Source: a virus
DNA: 6,302 bases
Direction: 5' to 3' (one strand)
IMG/VR virus record: IMGVR_UViG_3300045988_003400
Location: 1 to 6,302 of that record
Position 1 is the stretch's first letter. Each line of letters begins with the position of its first letter. The translations under genes and the position numbers were made by a program. The notes beneath the pieces are model-generated. The model worked only from the letters and a program-made list of their open reading frames with translations, was not told where the DNA came from and made no database searches. Positions 1 to 5,727 of the stretch are shown here, one piece after another.

Positions 1-55
1 CTGGTCGTTGGTGGTCTACTTCTTTAACTAATTCTGATGATTCTGCTAGTTATAC
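1..55. repeat. Terminal redundancy: left copy of an exact 55-nt direct repeat marking a circular 6,247-nt genome
   Basis: Nt 1-55 (ctggtcgttggtggtctacttctttaactaattctgatgattctgctagttatac) are identical to 6248-6302. The capsid reading frame is continuous across the implied junction. Confidence 0.9.
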
Positions 56-1322
56 TCAGCAGTATATTCAAAATAATACTGTAAATCTTTTTCCTCTTTT
101 GGCTTATCAGAAAATCTATCAAGATTTTTTCCGTTGGTCTCAATGGGAGAATGCTAATCCGTCGTCTTATAATGTTGACTATTATTCGGGCGTCAGTCCT
201 TATCTTGTTAGTTCTTTACCTTCTGCTTCTGACGCTTATTGGAAGTCTGATACAATGTTTGACCTCAAGTATTGTAACTGGAACAAGGATATGCTGATGG
301 GTGTTCTCCCGAATTCACAATTTGGCGATGTCGCTGTTATTGATATTTCTGATTCTGGCACTTCTAATATTGTTTTAGGCTCTAATGATAAAAAGAGTAC
401 GGTAGCTATTGCATCTGCTGTAACTTCTAATACTGTTCCGGTTCCTTTCTTCGCTTCTCAGGCTTCTTCTTCTAATGCTTTACCTGTAGGCTCTACGCTT
501 CGTGCTGACTTGTCCTCTTTAAAGTCTCAATTTACGGTTCTTGCACTTCGTCAGGCTGAAGCTTTACAACGTTGGAAAGAAATCAGCCAATCTGGTGATT
601 CCGACTATCGTGAACAAATTCGTAAACATTTTGGCGTTAACTTGCCCCAGGCTCTTTCCAATATGTGCACCTATATCGGTGGTATTTCCCGTAATCTTGA
701 CATCAGTGAGGTTGTTAACAATAATCTTGCTGCCGAAGGTGATATTGCCGTTATTGCCGGTAAAGGTGTAGGTGCTGGTAATGGCTCATTTACATATACT
801 ACCAATGAGCATTGTGTTGTTATGTGTATTTATCATGCCGTTCCTTTGCTTGATTATTCTATTACTGGTCAAGATGGACAGCTATTGGTTACTGATGCCG
901 AATCTTTGCCGATTCCGGAGTTCGATAATATTGGCATGGAAGTTCTTCCCATGACCCAGATATTCAACTCTCCGCTCGCTACCGCTTTCAACTTGTTTAA
1001 TGCCGGATATAATCCCCGTTACTTCAATTGGAAAACTAAGCTTGACGTTATCAACGGTGCGTTTACTACTACCCTGAAGTCTTGGGTCTCTCCGGTTTCC
1101 GAATCTTTGATTTCCGGTTGGGCACAATTTGGCCATTCTACTCCTAATCCTGAAACTAAGGTTGCTTTGAACTATAAGTTCTTCAAGGTCAATCCTTCTG
1201 TTCTTGATCCTATCTTTGGCGTTAAATCTGATTCTACTTGGGACACTGACCAGCTTTTGGTTAATTCTTATATTGGTTGCTATGTTGCCCGTAACTTGTC
1301 TCGCGATGGTGTACCTTACTAA
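1..1322 (+). CDS. VP1: Major capsid protein VP1 (phiX174 F homolog), C-terminal portion; 5' part is at 5728..6302
   Basis: The frame is open from nt 3 (codons at 3, 6, 9...) to TAA at 1320-1322, and is in phase with 5728.. once 6,247 nt is subtracted. The track ORF 99..1322 is only the part after an in-frame TTG. Capsid-family motifs are LLAYQKIYQDFFRW and ALRQAEALQRWKE...DYREQIRKHFGV. The combined product is 613 aa. Confidence 0.93.
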   Translation, partial: GRWWSTSLTNSDDSASYTQQYIQNNTVNLFPLLAYQKIYQDFFRWSQWENANPSSYNVDYYSGVSPYLVSSLPSASDAYWKSDTMFDLKYCNWNKDMLMGVLPNSQFGDVAVIDISDSGTSNIVLGSNDKKSTVAIASAVTSNTVPVPFFASQASSSNALPVGSTLRADLSSLKSQFTVLALRQAEALQRWKEISQSGDSDYREQIRKHFGVNLPQALSNMCTYIGGISRNLDISEVVNNNLAAEGDIAVIAGKGVGAGNGSFTYTTNEHCVVMCIYHAVPLLDYSITGQDGQLLVTDAESLPIPEFDNIGMEVLPMTQIFNSPLATAFNLFNAGYNPRYFNWKTKLDVINGAFTTTLKSWVSPVSESLISGWAQFGHSTPNPETKVALNYKFFKVNPSVLDPIFGVKSDSTWDTDQLLVNSYIGCYVARNLSRDGVPY

Positions 1323-1336
1323 AATTTATTTTAATT

Positions 1337-1819
1337 ATGATTGGAAAGTTTAATTCTTTGAATGTTCTGGAACAAGGTTCTGAACTTATTCCCAATGTTT
1401 CTCCGGATGCTTTTGCCGTTGCTCCTCAGATTGATTCGACCGAGGAACTTCGTGTTGAAATTGATGAAAGTGACGAAACCCGTCCGGTACGTTATACCTC
1501 TGATATTCGTTTGATTCTTCATACTAAGGACTTGGCTTCTCGTGCTGGTCTTGCTGTTGCTTCTAAGTTCGGTCATGACCGTCAGTCTGCGTCTCAGATT
1601 CAACAGATTATGGATAAGATGTCTGATGAAGACCTTCTGAGTACGGTTCGTTCCCGTCATATCCAGTCTCCTTCTGAGATTATTGCCTGGTCTAAAGAAT
1701 TATCTGCTTATGCTGAAAATCTTGAAGCTCAGGCACAGGAATTGATTGATATTGAAACTGCTAAACAAGATGCAGAAAAAGCGGCTGCTGCTCCCGCTGA
1801 TGCTGCTTCCTCTGAATAA
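1337..1819 (+). CDS. Hypothetical acidic 160-aa protein; possibly an internal scaffolding (VP3-like) protein
   Basis: The ATG lies 14 nt after the VP1 stop. The stop overlaps the VP2 start (TAATG at 1817-1821). Third-position T bias matches the other genes. The product is acidic with an Ala/Glu-rich helical C-terminus. It sits between VP1 and VP2. The function is inferred from size and position only. Confidence 0.65.
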   Translation: MIGKFNSLNVLEQGSELIPNVSPDAFAVAPQIDSTEELRVEIDESDETRPVRYTSDIRLILHTKDLASRAGLAVASKFGHDRQSASQIQQIMDKMSDEDLLSTVRSRHIQSPSEIIAWSKELSAYAENLEAQAQELIDIETAKQDAEKAAAAPADAASSE

Positions 1820-2967
1820 TGGGTCTTCTTGGTTCAATCGCTGGTGGTCTCCTTGGTATTGGTTCTTCTGCTATTCAGAATTCACAGAATAGGCAGAATG
1901 TCCAGGAGACCAACCGGACGAATTATCAAATCAATCAAATGAATAACCAGTTTAACGAGCGTATGGCGATACAGCAGCGTAATTGGCAGGAGAATATGTG
2001 GAATAAGGAAAACGCTTATAATACTGCTTCTGCCCAGCGTCAACGTCTCGAAGAGGCTGGTTTAAATCCTTATCTGATGATGAACGGAGGTTCTGCTGGT
2101 GTTGCTCAGTCTGCTGGTACTGGTGCTACTGCTTCATCTTCTGGGAATGCTGTTATGCAACCTTTCCAGGCTGATTATTCCGGCATAGGTTCTTCCGTTG
2201 GTAATATCTTTCAGTACGAGCTGATGCAGTCTGAAAAGTCTCAATTGCAAGGTGCTCGACAACTTGCTGATGCTAAGGCTATGGAAACCCTTTCTAATAT
2301 TGATTGGGGTAAACTTACTAATGAAACCCGTAGTTACTTGAAATCGACTGGACTGGCTCGTGCTCAACTTGGTTATGCTAAGGAGCAACAGGAAGTTGAT
2401 AATATGGCGATGACAGGTCTTATTATGCGTGCTCAGCGTTCTGGTATGCTTCTCGACAATGAGGCTAAAGGTACTTTGAACAAATATCTTGACCAACAAC
2501 AACAGCTTGACCTAAATGTTAAGGCTGCGGATTATTATCAGCGTATGTCTGCTGGTTATCTTTCTTATTCTGAGGCTAAAAAAGCTTTGGCCGAAGAGCT
2601 TTTAGCGGCTGCTCGTACTCGTGGTCAGAATATTACGAATAAAGTTGCCTCTCGTATTGCTGAATCTCAAATTGCTGCTAATATTGCGGCTAACGAATCT
2701 TCTGCGGCTTATCATAATGAAGAGCTCAGATTGGGTCTTCCTCAAGACAATGCTCGTAGTAAGAATATTGAGGAATGGTATCGTTCTAGAAATGAAAAGA
2801 AAAGGTATAAGTATTATGATGCTGATAAATGGGTCGACTATGGCACTAGCATTGGTAATACTATAGGTAACTTCTTACCTCGTAGGGTTATTTCTAAGTC
2901 CTTTTCTCGTTCTATTAACCATAACTCTAACACTGGTTCTAATACTAATTATAACTACAATTATTAG
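1819..2967 (+). CDS. VP2: Minor capsid / DNA pilot protein VP2 (phiX174 H analog)
   Basis: The 382-aa product has a Gly-rich hydrophobic N-terminus (MGLLGSIAGGLLGIGSSAIQ) and a Q/N-rich segment. It carries the motif YNTASAQRQRLEEAGLNPYLMM, which is characteristic of gokusho/alpavirus VP2 proteins. The middle is long and predicted helical. The stop is TAG at 2965-2967. Confidence 0.88.
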   Translation: MGLLGSIAGGLLGIGSSAIQNSQNRQNVQETNRTNYQINQMNNQFNERMAIQQRNWQENMWNKENAYNTASAQRQRLEEAGLNPYLMMNGGSAGVAQSAGTGATASSSGNAVMQPFQADYSGIGSSVGNIFQYELMQSEKSQLQGARQLADAKAMETLSNIDWGKLTNETRSYLKSTGLARAQLGYAKEQQEVDNMAMTGLIMRAQRSGMLLDNEAKGTLNKYLDQQQQLDLNVKAADYYQRMSAGYLSYSEAKKALAEELLAAARTRGQNITNKVASRIAESQIAANIAANESSAAYHNEELRLGLPQDNARSKNIEEWYRSRNEKKRYKYYDADKWVDYGTSIGNTIGNFLPRRVISKSFSRSINHNSNTGSNTNYNYNY

Positions 2968-2995
2968 TTATATACGTTAGTCCTTTAAAGACATT

Positions 2996-3026
2996 ACCCG
3001 GCCGTATTCGATGCGTGCCGGGTTTT
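2996..3026 (+). terminator. Candidate intrinsic terminator hairpin ending the late (VP1-VP2) transcript
   Basis: The stem pairs 2997-3006 with 3012-3022: CCCGGC/GCCGGG plus CGTA/TGCG, with T3016 bulged and one G.T pair. The loop is 5 nt (TTCGA). TTTT follows at 3023-3026. It starts 29 nt after the VP2 stop. The T tract is short, and the hairpin could instead belong to the ssDNA structure described below. Confidence 0.5.
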
Positions 3027-3027
3027 G

Positions 3028-3335
3028 CTGCTTGGAGTAACTTCCGGCAACCGCGCGAAGCGTGGTTATACACCTCCTGAATTCCGGGAGACCCCGTCGA
3101 CTGGAATCAGAGCCGTTAGGCTATAGTACTGCCTTCCTTAAAACTTGATGCTTGCAACGCGTAAGCAATTTCCCGGAGAGCCTCTCTCTACCGTCGCTGC
3201 TATACCCTTTAAAATATAAATTGGCGAAGCCTACATGAGTTTGCCCGAAGGGAAAGCTATTCACCTCATAGCTTTCAGTCTCCTCTTGTCTTATATACGC
3301 AAACTCACAGACCAGCCTGCCACCCATATAGCTTA
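3028..3335 (+). other. G+C-rich, hairpin-dense non-coding element; candidate replication-origin / ssDNA-structure module
   Basis: Hand count gives 147 G+C in 3031-3330 (49%), against 40/100 in coding nt 101-200 and 16/80 in 3341-3420. Helices with stated pairings:
- 3049-3056/3060-3067
- 3077-3085/3103-3110 (A3080 bulged)
- 3111-3114/3119-3122
- 3149-3155/3161-3167
- 3223-3225/3229-3231
- 3236-3244/3299-3307 (9 bp, long range)
- 3252-3260/3268-3276 (9 bp, perfect)
There is no plausible + strand ORF. Confidence 0.6.
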
Positions 3336-3366
3336 TTGTTTATTAATGTTAATATTTACGTTGACA

Positions 3367-3399
3367 TTTGTTTTTTTTCAAACGTTTATTATATATTTG
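3367..3399 (+). promoter_or_regulatory. Bacteroides-type promoter (-33 TTTG, -7 TAnnTTTG) for the rightward operon
   Basis: TTTG at 3367-3370 and TATATTTG at 3392-3399 are separated by 21 nt, matching the published Bacteroides consensus and its 19-21 nt spacing. The region is AT-rich. The first ATG of the downstream ORF is at 3417, which implies a short leader. Confidence 0.55.
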
Positions 3400-3416
3400 C
3401 TCTGTCTTTAAAAACA

Positions 3417-3614
3417 ATGTCTAATTTAAATTGTAAATGTATGGAAAAGTTTTATTTGTGCTCTGTGCAGTCTAAGGTGAATCCCACTCAGAATGAGACT
3501 GTTCTTGTTTCTGTTGAGGATATTTCTGAGTTTGTATCTTCATGTATGGCTCCTGATTGTGTTATTATTGTTTCAAGTTGTTCAACCTTTAACAAACTTC
3601 CTGATGAAAAGTGA
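3417..3614 (+). CDS. Hypothetical 65-aa Cys-rich acidic protein
   Basis: This is the first ATG in the 3336..3614 open frame; the upstream part begins at TTG and overlaps the promoter. Third-position T bias is strong, as in the other genes. Six Cys are present (CKC...C...C..PDC......SC). The stop is TGA at 3612-3614. I recognise no family. Confidence 0.5.
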   Translation: MSNLNCKCMEKFYLCSVQSKVNPTQNETVLVSVEDISEFVSSCMAPDCVIIVSSCSTFNKLPDEK

Positions 3615-3693
3615 AACTAAATCTAAAATCTGGTCTGCGATTATTGCAGCTGCTGTTAGCCTTCTTACGTCTATTTCTCAAATATTTTCGTAA
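3604..3693 (+). CDS. 29-aa single-pass membrane peptide; candidate holin/pinholin-like or signal-anchor segment
   Basis: The ATG at 3604 overlaps the end of the upstream ORF (ATGA context). The product MKSETKSKIWSAIIAAAVSLLTSISQIFS has a charged N-terminus followed by an Ala/Ser/Ile-rich hydrophobic stretch. It lies directly upstream of, and in frame with, the M15 peptidase. Its small size makes the coding call uncertain. Confidence 0.45.
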   Translation: MKSETKSKIWSAIIAAAVSLLTSISQIFS

Positions 3694-3696
3694 GTC

Positions 3697-4005
3697 ATGA
3701 ATCCGGCACTAATGCAATTTATCGAATGGCTCCTTCGTTGGAATATTCATTTCTCGGTTACTTCTGCTCTTCGTACTAAGAAAGAAAATGAAGCGTGTGG
3801 AGGTTCTGAGAATTCCCAACACTTAACAGGCGATGCTGTTGATCTGAAGCCTCTTGGTTCTTCAGTAGATTCTTTTATATTGAAAATCAAAGAATCTGGT
3901 TTTAAGTTTGATCAACTTATAAGATATCGTACGTTTGTTCATATATCCTTTGCTCGTGGTCGTAATCCTCGTCAAATGGAACTTAATTTTACCGATAAAA
4001 AATGA
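3697..4005 (+). CDS. Zinc D-Ala-D-Ala carboxypeptidase-like peptidase, M15 family (Peptidase_M15_3/M15A-like); probable endolysin
   Basis: The 102-aa product contains TSALRTKKENEACGGSENSQHLTGDAVDL and a later FVHISF. These match the SxxR...GG..SxH..G.A.D ... H zinc-ligand (H, D, H) signature of M15 peptidases. The stop overlaps the Rep start (ATGA at 4002-4005). Confidence 0.82.
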   Translation: MNPALMQFIEWLLRWNIHFSVTSALRTKKENEACGGSENSQHLTGDAVDLKPLGSSVDSFILKIKESGFKFDQLIRYRTFVHISFARGRNPRQMELNFTDKK

Positions 4006-5699
4006 TTACTAAGGAATTACAGAATAAGCTAGTTACTCGTTGTCAGAATCCTCGTACGGTTGTCAATAAGTATACACATGAGCCCGTTGTTGTTTCTTGT
4101 GGTTCTTGCCCTTCGTGTGTTCTTCGTCGTTCCGGAATCCAGACTAACCTGCTTACTACTTATTCTGCTCAATTCCGTTATGTATACTTTGTTACTCTTA
4201 CTTATGCTCCTTGCTTTCTTCCTACTTTGGAAGTTTCGATTGTTGAGACTTGTACGGATGATGTTGCGGATGTACCCTGCTTTCCTGATATCAATGATTT
4301 GGACGCTGGTGACCCTAACACTTATATGTTTGGTTTTCGCAGCGTTCCTCGTTCCTCTTCTGTTAGGTTAAAAAATTCTACTGTAGAACGTACATTCAAA
4401 GACCCTGAGATAAGGTTTTCTTACTCCATGAAGCCTAAGGACTTGCTTTTTATTCTCAACAAAGTTAAGCATAATGTTCCGAATAGAATTCCTTATATTA
4501 ATAATCGTGACCTTGATTTGTTTTTGAAACGTTTAAGAAGTTATTATAGAGATGAAAAACTACGTTACTACGCTGTATCAGAATACGGACCCACGAGTTT
4601 CCGCCCGCATTGGCATCTGTTATTGTTTTCCAATTCCGAGCGATTCTCGCAAACTGTTTGTGAAAATGTATCTAAAGCTTGGTCTTACGGACGTTGTGAT
4701 GCGTCACTCTCGAGAGGATTCGCAGCACCGTATGTTGCGTCGTATGTTAATAGCTTTGTCGCTTTACCCGACTTTTATACTCAGATCCCAAAAGTGGTGC
4801 GACCTAAGTCCTTCCATTCCATTGGATTTACCGAATCAAATCTCTTTCCTGGAAAGGTACGAATTGCCGAAGTTGACGAAGTTGCCGATAAGTGCCTTGA
4901 TGGCGTCCGCGTTGAACGCGATGGCTATTTTCGAACAATTAAACCTTCTTGGCCGTATCTCCTTCGATTATTCCCCCGATTTTCGGACGCTATTCGTAAA
5001 TCTCCATCGAGTGTTTACCAGTTACTTTTTGCTGCGTTCACAGCGCCCGAACGCGTCATTCGTAGCGGATGCGCTGATATAGGATGTGATCCGTTTGGTG
5101 AAAGTCCCAATCAAAGTGTTTTGTCTTTTTGTAAATATTATTTAAATTATGTAGATAGTTATGGAAAATCAAATGAACATAGGAGCTTACTCTCTCCTAA
5201 GGCGAATTTACCGCATAGTGATATTCTCATTCTTACTGAATGTCGTTTGTATGATGGTGTTGATCTGGAACCTCTTCATCGTCTCTCCCGTGTGTACCGC
5301 TTTTTCCTCGGAATTTCTAAATTTATTCGAACGTATTCAACAAATGGATGCTCAGAACTCTTCTGGTCCAGCGGCACTCCTGGAGGAGAACTCTTTTGTC
5401 GAGAAAGATTTTTGCGAATAATCTCCGAGAAAATAGTTGAATTCTGGAATCGTTATGATTACAATCGTCTTGTGGATTTTTATCAAACTTTGGAAGATTC
5501 AAATGATAAGGAGTTGGTAGACTTTGAGCTTCGTAACTATTCCTTCCGTTATAATAGGTCTGTCCGTGATAAGGAAAAACCTTACCATGAATTGCCTCTT
5601 GTTCGTCGTTTGGCTGCCGCTTCATTGATGAAATGTAGGGATAAGGTTAAACATAAGAAGGTTAATGATTTGTTCGGTATTTTCTCTTATCAGAATTAA
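4002..5699 (+). CDS. VP4: Rolling-circle replication initiator protein VP4 (HUH endonuclease; phiX174 A analog)
   Basis: The product is 565 aa. An N-terminal Cys cluster reads CGSCPSC. Motif I is FVTLTY (nt 4188-4205). Motif II is RPHWHLLLF, with HWH at nt 4608-4616. Motif III is the two-tyrosine YVASYVNS, with Y codons at 4731 and 4743. The stop is TAA at 5697-5699. Confidence 0.93.
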   Translation: MITKELQNKLVTRCQNPRTVVNKYTHEPVVVSCGSCPSCVLRRSGIQTNLLTTYSAQFRYVYFVTLTYAPCFLPTLEVSIVETCTDDVADVPCFPDINDLDAGDPNTYMFGFRSVPRSSSVRLKNSTVERTFKDPEIRFSYSMKPKDLLFILNKVKHNVPNRIPYINNRDLDLFLKRLRSYYRDEKLRYYAVSEYGPTSFRPHWHLLLFSNSERFSQTVCENVSKAWSYGRCDASLSRGFAAPYVASYVNSFVALPDFYTQIPKVVRPKSFHSIGFTESNLFPGKVRIAEVDEVADKCLDGVRVERDGYFRTIKPSWPYLLRLFPRFSDAIRKSPSSVYQLLFAAFTAPERVIRSGCADIGCDPFGESPNQSVLSFCKYYLNYVDSYGKSNEHRSLLSPKANLPHSDILILTECRLYDGVDLEPLHRLSRVYRFFLGISKFIRTYSTNGCSELFWSSGTPGGELFCRERFLRIISEKIVEFWNRYDYNRLVDFYQTLEDSNDKELVDFELRNYSFRYNRSVRDKEKPYHELPLVRRLAAASLMKCRDKVKHKKVNDLFGIFSYQN

Positions 5700-5727
5700 A
5701 TAGTGTTTAATTTTTTAATGTTTTTTT

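Noticed and set aside
99-101. TTG at 99 as the capsid start, and TTG at 3336 as the start of the 92-aa ORF
   Set aside because: The capsid frame is open from the window edge and continues the 5728 ORF around the circle. The 3336 extension overlaps the promoter elements and AT-rich non-coding DNA, and the first ATG (3417) directly follows the predicted transcription start.
541-954. Alternative-frame + strand ORFs inside VP1 (541..771, 772..954, 5789..6001), inside VP2 (2621..2866), and the 5' part of 3493..3693
   Set aside because: All are in the +1 offset of the host gene and are Leu/Phe/Ile/Val-rich, which is the same codon-bias artefact. Only the last 29 codons of 3493..3693, from ATG 3604, lie outside an upstream gene, and only those were kept.
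882-1136. Minus-strand ORFs antisense to capsid, pilot and rep genes (882..1136, 1331..1660, 2134..2502, 5323..5625)
   Set aside because: Microviridae genes are, as far as is known, all on the packaged-strand sense. These ORFs lie fully antisense to well-supported genes, have odd R/N/K-rich composition and no promoter-like sequence upstream.
2968-3299. 9-nt direct repeat TTATATACG (2968-2976 and 3291-3299) bracketing much of the G+C-rich segment, suggesting target-site duplication of an inserted mobile element
   Set aside because: One AT-rich 9-mer repeat within about 450 nt is roughly what chance predicts. I see no terminal inverted repeats inside the repeats. G+C-rich sequence and the 3' strand of the long-range helix continue past the second copy, so the repeats do not delimit the element.
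3121-3327. 68-aa minus-strand ORF covering most of the G+C-rich element
   Set aside because: It is on the opposite strand to every other gene and has no recognisable domain. I found no Bacteroides-type promoter upstream on the minus strand. The region is saturated with hairpins, including two GCGAAGC units, which is more consistent with a structural nucleic-acid element. It would be reconsidered if homologs show codon-like conservation in this frame.
3028-3335. Known RNA classes: tRNA or tRNA-like attP, SRP/4.5S RNA, hammerhead (CUGAUGA...GAAA) and other small ribozymes
   Set aside because: There is no cloverleaf or GGTTCGAATCC-type T-arm. The minus-strand CCGGAAG...AAGCAGC resemblance to SRP helix 8 does not form the required GGAA-tetraloop hairpin. 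No hammerhead core boxes are present. I cannot exclude a novel RNA; that needs covariance-model searches.
3338-3360. TTAATGTTAATAT, resembling the XerD arm (TTATGTTAAAT) of a dif site, as a possible Xer-dependent attP of a temperate microvirus
   Set aside because: Only a 7-nt core (ATGTTAA) matches. There is no XerC-like arm with ...ATAA at the required 6-nt spacing and no dyad symmetry, and the context is AT-rich. A similar partial match inside rep (about 5130-5160) was rejected for the same reasons.
3691-3693. Stop-codon reassignment, as in some Bacteroidetes phages, to explain the in-frame TAA between the TM peptide and the peptidase
   Set aside because: TAA, TAG and TGA each terminate at least one well-supported gene here: TAA for VP1 and Rep, TAG for VP2, TGA for the peptidase. 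Genome-wide recoding is therefore not supported. Local read-through or a split gene remains possible and is reported as a finding.
4060-4371. 103-aa very hydrophobic ORF (multiple TM-like runs) embedded in rep in another frame, reminiscent of the embedded phiX174 lysis gene E
   Set aside because: It is in the +1 offset relative to rep. Codons here end overwhelmingly in T, so the +1 frame has T in the middle codon position. That excludes all stop codons and encodes only F/L/I/M/V. Long, open, hydrophobic +1 ORFs are therefore an expected by-product. The genome also already has a dedicated TM-peptide plus peptidase module. Suppressed synonymous variation in homologs would be needed to revive this.
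4552-5082. 176-aa ORF, together with the 86-aa ORF at 5161..5421, in an alternative frame inside rep (a possible phiX174 gene-B-like overlap)
   Set aside because: Both are in the same +1 offset as above. The open frame is explained by third-position T bias. There is no recognisable motif, no start context distinct from the background, and no independent evidence.
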